The notes: a model not told the origin generated them from the letters alone. A stretch of DNA of 61,659 nucleotides from a virus (IMGVR_UViG_3300042391_000275:1-61659), one strand, 5' to 3'; shown: positions 30,627-38,640, numbered from the stretch's first letter. Translations and numbers: made by a program.

Positions 30627-30866
30627 TTAATCCCAGTATAATTGCGTTCCTGTCAGTTTTCCGCTCATCATTCTTTCCAAGACTGGCTCAACGTCCCACG
30701 GATACAATCCCTTCTCATAGCAGGTTTGCATTCCAAAGTGTTCGTTAAACTTATCTGCATCTATTCCGCTGTTTTTCAATGCTTTATCTAGTACATCAAA
30801 CTCAATATGCTCAATTGGGTTCTCCGTTATAACGATCCCAAGTTGATCTATCCTATTGTATTTCAC
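30627..30866 (-). CDS. Hypothetical protein
   Basis: 79-aa ORF, coupled to neighbours. Confidence 0.55.
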   Translation of the reverse strand: MKYNRIDQLGIVITENPIEHIEFDVLDKALKNSGIDADKFNEHFGMQTCYEKGLYPWDVEPVLERMMSGKLTGTQLYWD

Positions 30867-31054
30867 TCCTCGTCCTCCTCATCTTCCTCGTCCTCGTCAT
30901 CCTCGTAACTCATCGAATTCTCAATCAACTCATGGATCTTGACCTGCAAGATTCCAACCATGCTTGCCAATGGCAAGTCGAACTCGGCAATGTAGGTATC
31001 AATCAGCTTATCAATTTTATTTTGTAGTTCCGTTATCTGGAATGAGTCTTTCAT
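30863..31054 (-). CDS. Hypothetical protein with acidic tail
   Basis: 63-aa ORF ending EDDEDEEDEEDEE. Confidence 0.55.
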   Translation of the reverse strand: MKDSFQITELQNKIDKLIDTYIAEFDLPLASMVGILQVKIHELIENSMSYEDDEDEEDEEDEE

Positions 31055-31202
31055 GTTCCTCCTTTAGTTGGTGAATTTTACCATCCTTGCTCCAAATCCG
31101 CACGTTTCCTAACTCTTCAAACTGGAAATCCCACTCCTCCCTTGAGATGCGTCCGCACATATAGTCCTCATTGGATTTCCGTTGCGCCTCTAATCTTGTC
31201 AT
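31017..31202 (-). CDS. Hypothetical protein
   Basis: ATG at 31202 overlaps the upstream stop (ATGA). Confidence 0.45.
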   Translation of the reverse strand: MTRLEAQRKSNEDYMCGRISREEWDFQFEELGNVRIWSKDGKIHQLKEEHERLIPDNGTTK

Positions 31203-31444
31203 GTCCAATGATCTAACGGACAACGCTCCGTGTCCATAACTACTTTTACCTCCATGTTGCAACCGCAAACACCGCACTTTCCCGCCCCACTGAATGCCGT
31301 TGGATCATAGTGAACACACTGGTTGCAGATCATTAACCTCTCCTCGATCTGCTCCTTGTTGCGTATCGGCATACCTGCTCTGACGAATGCCGCTGCACTC
31401 TTCACAAAGCTAATCGCTTTCTGCGCTATGTTTGGCTCAATCAT
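31199..31444 (-). CDS. Small Cys-rich (Zn-binding) phage protein
   Basis: RLMICNQC...CGVCGC...CPLDHW. Confidence 0.65.
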   Translation of the reverse strand: MIEPNIAQKAISFVKSAAAFVRAGMPIRNKEQIEERLMICNQCVHYDPTAFSGAGKCGVCGCNMEVKVVMDTERCPLDHWT

Positions 31445-31659
31445 CGCATTCCAAAGATGCTCTTCAATGCATCAAGATTGGTAGTGTTTCCGCTAATGTA
31501 TGGCTCAGTCTCCTCTTCTTCTTCCCCTTTGTACATTGCCGTGTCCCAAGTTGTATCGAACAACTTGCGAAGTCCTTTTGCAGACATGGTGACGTTCCCC
31601 CTTCCGTTGAACGAAGGGTTCTTGTTGCTGTACACTTTCCAGAGTTCTTCTTTTGTCAT
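31441..31659 (-). CDS. Hypothetical protein
   Basis: 72-aa ORF with ATGA overlaps. Confidence 0.55.
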   Translation of the reverse strand: MTKEELWKVYSNKNPSFNGRGNVTMSAKGLRKLFDTTWDTAMYKGEEEEETEPYISGNTTNLDALKSIFGMR

Positions 31660-32045
31660 ACGTTAATCAGTGCAATGTTGAATTCCGCTGCAAGCAGTGT
31701 TGTTGATTCATCCGTTGGATATGTCTCTCGGTAGACTATGCGTTTAATGCCGTAAGATGCAAGCGATTTCAAGCAGTTGTTACATGGCAGTGTTGTTGAT
31801 GCCAGCAGATAGCACTCCAGTGGCTTAACATGACGCAATGCATTCTGCTCTGCATGGACAACGTAATTCCTACGCTTTTCTCTGCAACTCCAGTCCTCCT
31901 CCATGTGCGGTGGAAATCCGTTGTATCCACACGCTGCAACAGTGTTGTCGTGACGCAACAGCACAGCACCAACCTGCCTCCACGGGTCTTTGGATTTCTT
32001 GGCAACTACCTCCGCTATCGACAATGCGTATTCGTCCCAGTTCAT
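31656..32045 (-). CDS. dCMP deaminase
   Basis: SKDPWRQVGA, GYNG, HAEQNA and PCNNC zinc-deaminase motifs. Confidence 0.92.
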   Translation of the reverse strand: MNWDEYALSIAEVVAKKSKDPWRQVGAVLLRHDNTVAACGYNGFPPHMEEDWSCREKRRNYVVHAEQNALRHVKPLECYLLASTTLPCNNCLKSLASYGIKRIVYRETYPTDESTTLLAAEFNIALINV

Positions 32046-32305
32046 TTATGTACCTCTCCCATATGGTCTTCCAGCCAGTAAACTGCCTGTCCAGAATCAC
32101 GCACATCCTCAGGGAAGATGCACTCGTCTGAGATAATTCCGTTTAACTGCAATGCGTTCATCACTTTAGTTGCGTTGAGCTTCTTGTATTCGATGTAATG
32201 CTCAAGTGTGTTCACTCGTCGAATCCTTTTATTCCATCGTATACAACATACAGTATAATAGCTGCTAATACGATATAGCCGATAATATATCCCATATATG
32301 ACACC

Positions 32306-32770
32306 TTATTGGCAGGACTCGCACTCTGGATCGTCAATGCGACACACCCGCTCCACCTTCACTCCATCGAGGTCAGCGTCATCATTCAGCACAACTGGTT
32401 CCTCAACCACGTCTAACTTGTCTGCCCGTGCAATTGCTGCCTCGTTGGTGTAGCGTTTCTCTGGATACCTCTTCGATAGCTTCTCGACATTGGCCTCAAT
32501 GCACTCGTTAAGCGTCAAGCCCAACTCGTTAAGCAAACCAGTCAGGTAAAACAGGATGTCTCCTGCCTCTTCCCGCACGTTGTCGAAGTCCAATTGCTTC
32601 TGGTACACTGCGTGTTTCTTCACTGCATCCAGCAACTCACCCGCTTCACCACTGACTCCAACTGCCATGTGGAGGATGGATGCCTGAAGAGGTGTTAGCT
32701 GGACAAGGATATCATGCCCCGGCTTAACAATGGACTGCACAAACTGCTCGTATGGTGTAGTTAATTTCAT
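32306..32770 (-). CDS. mazG: MazG-like nucleotide pyrophosphohydrolase
   Basis: GVSGEAGELLDAVKK...EEAGDILFY...NVEKLSKRYP. Confidence 0.85.
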   Translation of the reverse strand: MKLTTPYEQFVQSIVKPGHDILVQLTPLQASILHMAVGVSGEAGELLDAVKKHAVYQKQLDFDNVREEAGDILFYLTGLLNELGLTLNECIEANVEKLSKRYPEKRYTNEAAIARADKLDVVEEPVVLNDDADLDGVKVERVCRIDDPECESCQ

Positions 32771-33321
32771 TTTGTATGTATGTTGTAGTATGCCTTGCCG
32801 AAACAACCTGACTCAGCTAGGTTGACCAACCTTCCCTCACTGCCTATGCTTTCGTCAAGCATCTTTTTAGTTATCATCTGAGGATGCCCATCATGTGGTT
32901 CGATATCAACCCATTCAAAGATGCGAAGCACCCTTGCCGCTCGTAGTGCGTTGGAAATGATTAGCGCAGGGTCATCCGTATGCTGGAGGCAGTTGTAAAT
33001 CCAGCACTCGTCGAACCCTTCCTCCACCACATCCTCACCTCGCATTACCAGACACTCCACCCCATGCTCATGGTAGCGAGCGTAAGTCCATTGTGGATAC
33101 TGGAGCGGATCCACTACCAATGCCCTGCCCAGTCCCTTAGACTTGAGCAGCATTGACGTTGGGCCTCCTCCAATGTCCAGCACTGACTTGCCTGACAGAC
33201 TAAATCCGTAGCCAACCTGATGCAGTCCCATGAATCTGCCATAGACGTAGTGCTTCTGGTCTTCGTCAAAGGTGTTGCAGCAGTCTCCCCAGTACTCCGA
33301 TTCAAACGTGTAGTCGCTCAT
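32767..33321 (-). CDS. Class I SAM-dependent methyltransferase
   Basis: VLDIGGGP, VDP and FD...NCLQH motifs. Confidence 0.85.
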   Translation of the reverse strand: MSDYTFESEYWGDCCNTFDEDQKHYVYGRFMGLHQVGYGFSLSGKSVLDIGGGPTSMLLKSKGLGRALVVDPLQYPQWTYARYHEHGVECLVMRGEDVVEEGFDECWIYNCLQHTDDPALIISNALRAARVLRIFEWVDIEPHDGHPQMITKKMLDESIGSEGRLVNLAESGCFGKAYYNIHTK

Positions 33322-33527
33322 TTCAGTTCCTCCTTCAGCTTGCGATAGTGTGCAACCGCTTGGGGCCACAGGTCATGCCAACCTGATGACTCCACTAGCT
33401 TGGTAGCGCAGTCCCTCCACTGGTCACGCTCCTTTATGGTTTGCAATAATCCTTCAGCTATTCTTTGTCTCTCAGGTGGATAATTCATCACCTCAACAAG
33501 TGCCGCGCATTTAGTTTCATCTATCAT
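33318..33527 (-). CDS. Hypothetical protein
   Basis: 69-aa ORF with ERDQWR motif. Confidence 0.5.
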   Translation of the reverse strand: MIDETKCAALVEVMNYPPERQRIAEGLLQTIKERDQWRDCATKLVESSGWHDLWPQAVAHYRKLKEELK

Positions 33528-33547
33528 TCGATTTGTTTTCCTTTTGT

Positions 33548-33579
33548 TTGTGACAAATAGTGGGTAGTATTTGTCACAA
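33548..33579. repeat. Perfect 12-bp inverted repeat
   Basis: TTGTGACAAATA-N8-TATTTGTCACAA, intergenic. Confidence 0.8.
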
Positions 33580-33585
33580 GGTTTG

Positions 33586-34719
33586 TTAGTGATTGGATGG
33601 GTAAGTCATTGTCATTGCATCGATTCCGTTGCCATCAGCGTACCATCCTGCTCCGTTGTACACGTCTAGCACGTCTTGGAAATACTTCTCGTACCTCGGC
33701 GCAACCTTCTCAAGTGTGAAGTTCTCACCGAATGCACGGCAGTCCGCTGGTCTGATCCTATCAATGTTTTTGATTGCATCAACGTAATCACCCATTGTTC
33801 GGCATCGATACCCAGTGACTCCGTGGAGGTTGTTCTCAGCGAAGGATCCCCAATCTGACGTGATGGTTGGGGTTCCGCTCAATAGGTTCTCGATCTGTAC
33901 TCCACCGAATGGCTCGACGTACTGGCTAGGCAGGAAGGATGCCTTGGCTTTAGACATGAGTTCTTTGCGCTTAGGAACGTCAGCATAACCAACATACTCG
34001 ACATGGGGTGGGAATGTATATCCAGCCTCGCATTGACCCGCTACAACTAGCTTAACGCCTGCCCTACGGGTTGCGTCGATTGCGATATCAACTCCCTTGC
34101 CGCTATAGACCCTGCCAAGGTACAGGAAATAGTCTTCCTTCTTGTCGTTGTAAGTGAAGTCATCTATATCGAAATAGTTGGGGATCACCACGGAATAGTT
34201 ATCCTGCTGGCATCTTCCCACTGCACCCATACCGCAGAACGCATGGTAGATGGCATAGCTTTCCCAAACCTTCCACTTAGCCCAATGACCACCAGCGTAC
34301 CCTATCCCCGGCTCAACTACGATCATATCATGTTGGTGTGCATCACATATCGGCCTGACTCCAGACCCCCAAAATGGAAGAATAAAGTCATTCTTTTTCT
34401 TTCTAAAACCTACCTCCCGAATGGCATTGGCATAGAACGTCTGGTATGCGTGATCCTCGGTGTTGAACTTGAAGAACGTCTTGCGCCAGTCATGACTGCC
34501 ATAGCTCTTGGCAAAATCTTCGTTAGTCAGGACGCTAACGTGTTCCGTGCATTGCAAGTCACTATCCTCATGCCCGTAATGTATCACCTCATGGCCCCGA
34601 TTGGTCATAGCTTTTGCAAATTTGACCACCTTCTGCGTGTAGGCACAGGCATTAAACTCTTTGGATGTAACTGTGTGTGGTAACCCTAGTGCGTGGAATC
34701 TCATTTTTTCTGTTTTCAT
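33586..34719 (-). CDS. GT-B (GT4 family) glycosyltransferase
   Basis: RGHEV, YLGRVYSGKG and EPFGGVQIENLLSGTP (ExF/G...E) motifs. Confidence 0.9.
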   Translation of the reverse strand: MKTEKMRFHALGLPHTVTSKEFNACAYTQKVVKFAKAMTNRGHEVIHYGHEDSDLQCTEHVSVLTNEDFAKSYGSHDWRKTFFKFNTEDHAYQTFYANAIREVGFRKKKNDFILPFWGSGVRPICDAHQHDMIVVEPGIGYAGGHWAKWKVWESYAIYHAFCGMGAVGRCQQDNYSVVIPNYFDIDDFTYNDKKEDYFLYLGRVYSGKGVDIAIDATRRAGVKLVVAGQCEAGYTFPPHVEYVGYADVPKRKELMSKAKASFLPSQYVEPFGGVQIENLLSGTPTITSDWGSFAENNLHGVTGYRCRTMGDYVDAIKNIDRIRPADCRAFGENFTLEKVAPRYEKYFQDVLDVYNGAGWYADGNGIDAMTMTYPSNH

Positions 34720-34744
34720 TATGTACTACTGCTGTTATGTGAAG

Positions 34745-34900
34745 TTATTGGTTATTTTCCTTGTTCTTCAGCTTGTTGATCAAGGACTTCTGCTTGTTTA
34801 CGTCATGCTGCAATTCGTGGATGATTTGCCGCAATTCTCTAATCTCCTGCTTTTGTTGCTGGATTATACGCATCTCTGGTGTTATCTCATGCGCTTTCAT
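34745..34900 (-). CDS. Small coiled-coil protein
   Basis: ATGA-coupled to the NrdR-like gene. Heptad pattern. Confidence 0.5.
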   Translation of the reverse strand: MKAHEITPEMRIIQQQKQEIRELRQIIHELQHDVNKQKSLINKLKNKENNQ

Positions 34901-35106
34901 AGGTTCTCGATGATATCGGTTAGCTTTGCTTTCATTATATTTACTTCTTTGAGTCTTTGGTAGTCTTGTGCGCTCACTTCGTATGTTGAGTACCTGTGGT
35001 TGCACTTTCCGTTATCGCAGTACCTACGTCTTGAGAATCGATTGCCGAGGTCACGGCATTCCATAACGTGTGTCGTAGAACTGCATTTTGGGCATAATTT
35101 GACCAT
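34897..35106 (-). CDS. Stand-alone NrdR-like zinc-ribbon protein (no ATP-cone)
   Basis: CPKC...THVMECR...SRRRYC...CNHRYSTYE matches the NrdR N-terminal pattern CPxC..TxVxDSR..RRRREC..C..RFTTYE. Confidence 0.75.
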   Translation of the reverse strand: MVKLCPKCSSTTHVMECRDLGNRFSRRRYCDNGKCNHRYSTYEVSAQDYQRLKEVNIMKAKLTDIIENL

Positions 35107-35116
35107 TTATTGATAA

Positions 35117-35163
35117 ACCCTAGATATGGTGATTTTAAAATATGTTGCCACTATATGGTGATT
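35117..35163. promoter_or_regulatory. Tandem NrdR-box-like operators
   Basis: ACCCTAGATATGGTGA (35117-35132) and CCACTATATGGTGATT (35148-35163), versus consensus acaCwAtATaTwGtgt. Confidence 0.6.
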
Positions 35164-35216
35164 ATTATCGACAAGATTGCGGTTTTTGTGGTTAAAATAC
35201 ATTAGCAAATCGTTCG

Positions 35217-35705
35217 CTATCCCACATGATCTGTCCGTGTCGCTTCGATCTGCAATGGCTTCTCCTCTGGTTCCCTGCCCTCGATTAGCTCTATTGGTTC
35301 AGCGTTGCGATCACCAATCGTGAATGTGACGTTTAGTGGTTTGGCATTCGTGTTTTCAATCTCGATTTTATCTCCGTATTGACGTGCGTTCCACTTACCT
35401 AATAGACGGATACGAGTGTCAATTCTGACCCTCTTCTCCTGAGCATCGAGCATTGGATCATCAGCTATTCTTATGCAGTCATCTGCGATTGCGTGAGTAC
35501 CTATTTTGCGTGAGTGAGCAGATTTATTGCGGAATTCTTCATTTGAGCATTCCCAACGCCATACTGTTGAGTAGTTTGGCATGCCTTCGAGATTACAGAT
35601 AGATGATAGTGTCTGGCCCATTGCGAGTCTCTCGCAGATTTCATCTCCGATAGCCTCGTCGTACTTGGGAGGAGTGCCTACTTTGCGTGATGGTTTAAAG
35701 CTCAT
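35217..35705 (-). CDS. terS: Terminase small subunit (Sf6-like)
   Basis: DEICERLAMGQTLSSICNLEGMPNYSTVWRW HTH, and RVRIDTR...YGDK. Confidence 0.85.
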   Translation of the reverse strand: MSFKPSRKVGTPPKYDEAIGDEICERLAMGQTLSSICNLEGMPNYSTVWRWECSNEEFRNKSAHSRKIGTHAIADDCIRIADDPMLDAQEKRVRIDTRIRLLGKWNARQYGDKIEIENTNAKPLNVTFTIGDRNAEPIELIEGREPEEKPLQIEATRTDHVG

Positions 35706-36066
35706 ATGGTGATTGTGACTGCTTAGTTTTACGCTTTGGTAATCCTGACTTCAGTTCGTTGCTCTGCTTGAGTTTTGACTTTGACTTGCGTGAACGTGAT
35801 GTTGACGCTTTCGGGGTTATCGTCTGGGATGAGGTGCGCGTATCTAATTTGGTCAATGAGAGGTTTGCAGCCTCCAGCAAGGTTATCAACGTCGAGAGTC
35901 TTGGTTGAGAATCTCGTAATTCCGAGAGTGTACTGCGGATTGCACTTAGCAGTGCAGTCCTTGCCAGTTTCTTTTGCTTTGTGTACTTTGTCCAGTGAGC
36001 GTTTAGGAGCGTGTTGAGTGAGGGTGTCAAGTAGCCTACGAGATGGAGGTTTATAGTTGTCTGCAT
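35695..36066 (-). CDS. Overlapping-frame ORF carrying a RusA-like N-terminal motif
   Basis: MQTTINLHLVGYLTPSLNTLLNAHW resembles the RusA N-terminal PSxN segment. Confidence 0.45.
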   Translation of the reverse strand: MQTTINLHLVGYLTPSLNTLLNAHWTKYTKQKKLARTALLSAIRSTLSELRDSQPRLSTLITLLEAANLSLTKLDTRTSSQTITPKASTSRSRKSKSKLKQSNELKSGLPKRKTKQSQSPYEL

Positions 36067-36133
36067 AGTAGTAGTGTCCGTCAGGAGCGAGTGTGTAGCC
36101 TTTCTCTTTGAGTTGTTCAGTTGTCCAGTTCAT
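35729..36133 (-). CDS. rusA: RusA-like Holliday junction resolvase (frame carrying the catalytic motifs)
   Basis: LDVDNLAGGCKPLID...LIPDD matches RusA DxDN..K...D......DD. Confidence 0.75.
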   Translation of the reverse strand: MNWTTEQLKEKGYTLAPDGHYYYADNYKPPSRRLLDTLTQHAPKRSLDKVHKAKETGKDCTAKCNPQYTLGITRFSTKTLDVDNLAGGCKPLIDQIRYAHLIPDDNPESVNITFTQVKVKTQAEQRTEVRITKA

Positions 36134-36171
36134 TGCGGGTATAGTTTTGAGTGATTGTGTGGGATTATACC

Positions 36172-36639
36172 TTATCTAGACCATTCTCTTAGGTTGTCTT
36201 GGTCTAGTGCATAGCCTTCTCCGTGGCCTAGATTAATTATATTCGATGGTTTGATCAGGTCTTCCTTCCATGCCCATCCTTTGTAGTGCAGTGTTGGTGA
36301 ATCCACAACGCACAAGACGTATACATCTACGTCTGGATTTACCTTGAGAGTGGATAGCAAGCGAGCGTGTGTGTGCTTTGATGCCTTTATGTCGTATCTG
36401 TTGCCGCTTGGCATAACACCATCTGGAGATCCAGATCGAGGTGATAGTCCGAGGTCAGGGAATACATTCATTAGCTTTGCGAAACCATACTCTGCCATCA
36501 TGCCAATCACATCCGCTTCTGCTCCGTCTTGGTTGCCAATCTTGGCATCCTTGACTCCATTGCTACGAGCTATGAGCGAACGCATCCTGCCAATGAGTTG
36601 GCATATCTGCACCTCGTCAGGGTTGAGTGTAAGTTGCAT
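36172..36639 (-). CDS. Putative PD-(D/E)XK nuclease-fold protein
   Basis: GMMAEY...PDG...RYDIKAS. Confidence 0.5.
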   Translation of the reverse strand: MQLTLNPDEVQICQLIGRMRSLIARSNGVKDAKIGNQDGAEADVIGMMAEYGFAKLMNVFPDLGLSPRSGSPDGVMPSGNRYDIKASKHTHARLLSTLKVNPDVDVYVLCVVDSPTLHYKGWAWKEDLIKPSNIINLGHGEGYALDQDNLREWSR

Positions 36640-36642
36640 GGT

Positions 36643-36924
36643 CTATCGTGATTGCTGAATGAATTTAAGTGCGATTGCCATTAGCTCAGGGTATTCGCGC
36701 AGTGACTCTAGGTAGCTTTGGAACATATCATCGATTGCCTGTTCAGCGAACGGGTCAGGAATGATCTCAGCTTTGACCTGTGCGTCCTCCAGATCCTTGT
36801 TGGATGCCCTTAGCGCAAAGATAGCAGCGGAGCAGAATACTGCCAGTTGTGCGGCAATGGAGCGATAGTCCTTATCGCACTCCTTGAGTCTTTCTACCTC
36901 GGACGTGTATAGTGGATCGTTCAT
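36643..36924 (-). CDS. Hypothetical protein
   Basis: 93-aa coupled ORF. Confidence 0.55.
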   Translation of the reverse strand: MNDPLYTSEVERLKECDKDYRSIAAQLAVFCSAAIFALRASNKDLEDAQVKAEIIPDPFAEQAIDDMFQSYLESLREYPELMAIALKFIQQSR

Positions 36925-37334
36925 GTTAATTTATAGAATGGATTTAGTGGGTTTGGTTTACTGACTTTATTGTCGCTAGAAGCATTCCTTATGAATTCAA
37001 CGTAGTATTCTTTAGCACACTTTAGTGCCTCATCACGTTCAAGTTCTGCTCTTGCTGCCATGTCCACAGCACATTTCCATTTGTTCTCCCAACCTAAAAT
37101 AGCATCCCTAGCCTCGTCACGCTCGCTCAAAGCAATTTTTAGAGGAGTTCCACCAGCATGATTTGTTGCGCCGTTCAAGCGAACGATTTCTTTTCTTTGT
37201 TGCTCTACTTTCTCCCGCGCCTCGTCGCGCTCGCGCTCCAGCCTAGCCAACTCACTAGTGGAGTGCAACTCCAGTGCAGTTAGCCTGTCAGCCAGTTGCT
37301 TTGCGTCCAAGTAGTCTGTTATAATTTCGGTCAT
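36921..37334 (-). CDS. Coiled-coil protein with ERDEA repeats
   Basis: Three ERDEA(R/L) modules. Confidence 0.6.
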   Translation of the reverse strand: MTEIITDYLDAKQLADRLTALELHSTSELARLERERDEAREKVEQQRKEIVRLNGATNHAGGTPLKIALSERDEARDAILGWENKWKCAVDMAARAELERDEALKCAKEYYVEFIRNASSDNKVSKPNPLNPFYKLT

Positions 37335-37505
37335 ATATTTATAAAATGTTACCGATCACGCATAACTTGTAATTATGATTTTAAATTTTGGAAAATATGT
37401 TCGTTCGGTAAAATGGGGCGTGAGGTTTTATGTAGTTACCTCACAGGGTCAAATGATAACCAGCACACATAGTTGCCGCTACAGTCCCTTAAAATTATTT
37501 ATATG

Positions 37506-37784
37506 TTAAGTCCAAGTCCAAACATCAGTGATTTCTGGAAGTTCGTTGTATACTGAACTTTCTGCAGCACAAGCTGTTTCGATTGCTAATTCCATTGCTT
37601 GTCGTGCAACCCAACATTGGTCACCTTCGTCTAGTAAATCGCTTGTCCATATCGCTGCTAATAGTCTTTGGTCAGAACATATTTCTGTAAATATTTTCTT
37701 CATTTGATCAACATATTCATTAGCCATGCAATTGCTAAGTTGTTTAATCAATTCTTCTTCTTTTTTTGATTCTTTTTTTGTCAT
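37506..37784 (-). CDS. Hypothetical protein
   Basis: 92-aa AT-rich ORF. Confidence 0.55.
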   Translation of the reverse strand: MTKKESKKEEELIKQLSNCMANEYVDQMKKIFTEICSDQRLLAAIWTSDLLDEGDQCWVARQAMELAIETACAAESSVYNELPEITDVWTWT

Positions 37785-37787
37785 AAT

Positions 37788-38018
37788 ATTTATTTATGGT
37801 CAGCGTTTTTTAGTTTGGCTATTTGCTCTAAACACAACTCCCACTGCTCTAATGTTAGCTTTAGCTCCCTTTTAGCCTCGTCTCGTTCTCGTTCAAATTT
37901 TTGGGCAAGATTTATAAACGGAAAGTAAATTTCATTTGCTTCTACATTTTGAATAAAAAAGTCAAATGCAGCTTTTGTTTCTGGTGTATCATTCATTTAT
38001 TTATGGTCAGCGTTTTTT
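37788..38018. repeat. 24-bp direct repeat flanking one gene
   Basis: ATTTATTTATGGTCAGCGTTTTTT at 37788-37811 and 37995-38018. Confidence 0.85.
37790..37996 (-). CDS. Hypothetical protein (DTPET/ERERDEA family)
   Basis: 68-aa ORF lying between the 24-bp repeats. Confidence 0.6.
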   Translation of the reverse strand: MNDTPETKAAFDFFIQNVEANEIYFPFINLAQKFERERDEAKRELKLTLEQWELCLEQIAKLKNADHK

Positions 38019-38084
38019 CGGATGCGCTGCCCCCGTTTGCCCCTGCTACCTACGGGACTGACCTATGTAGGTTAGCGAGGAAAG
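38007..38084 (-). ncRNA. Candidate cis-regulatory RNA: hairpin plus H-type pseudoknot (downstream copy)
   Basis: CTTTC-hairpin followed by CGGGGGCAGCGCATCCGAAAAAACGCTGA. Confidence 0.45.
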
Positions 38085-38086
38085 CA

Positions 38087-38287
38087 TTAGTTTTTAATTA
38101 TTCTAATTTCACTTTCTTTAAGAACATTTTTCAATGACATAGCCAACTCATGTCCCATCGTTTCACAGGTGTCTTTGTTGAGCAAGCGTGAAACTGTATG
38201 TGCTAGAATAAGAATTGCTGCTGCTGTGTCATTAATATCCATTTCTTCCTTTATATCTTTAAAGGCATCAATGTACCATTCGTTCAT
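38087..38287 (-). CDS. Hypothetical protein
   Basis: 66-aa ORF. Confidence 0.5.
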   Translation of the reverse strand: MNEWYIDAFKDIKEEMDINDTAAAILILAHTVSRLLNKDTCETMGHELAMSLKNVLKESEIRIIKN

Positions 38288-38290
38288 AAG

Positions 38291-38563
38291 TTAAAACGGA
38301 ATATCATCTCCATCATCATCCTTGGCCCGTGCTGGAGCAGATTTGGCCTTTGCAGGGGTTTTGCCAGCATCTTGATCCTTTGGCTTGACTGACAGGCTGA
38401 AGAACTTTTTGCCGTCCTTCTTGGATTCCTTGAGCCAACCATTGAGCCAGTAGTCTTTTCCCTCGATGTTGATGGATCCATTGTAGTCTGGGTGGGTGTC
38501 TAGTTCTTTGCGGTCGTTCTTGAAGAGTGATCCGCGATTCGTGTTGTCGTATTGGTCTGCCAT
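38291..38563 (-). CDS. Single-stranded DNA-binding protein (small phage type)
   Basis: GSLFKN...HPDYNG...YWLNGW core and acidic DDIPF C-terminal tail. Confidence 0.75.
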   Translation of the reverse strand: MADQYDNTNRGSLFKNDRKELDTHPDYNGSINIEGKDYWLNGWLKESKKDGKKFFSLSVKPKDQDAGKTPAKAKSAPARAKDDDGDDIPF

Positions 38564-38590
38564 ATTATTGTTATAGTTAGTTTATATTAT

Positions 38591-38640
38591 TCAGCGTTTT
38601 TGTGGTGTGCTGCACCAAGTCTGCATTTGTTTGCAGAAAG
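38591..38640 (-). ncRNA. Candidate cis-regulatory RNA: hairpin plus H-type pseudoknot (SSB leader)
   Basis: CTTTCTGCA..TGCAGA followed by TTGGTGCAGCACACCACAAAAACGCTGA. Confidence 0.45.

Noticed and set aside
33548-33579. CRP binding site
   Set aside because: TGTGA and TCACA are 20 bp apart, not the required 6.
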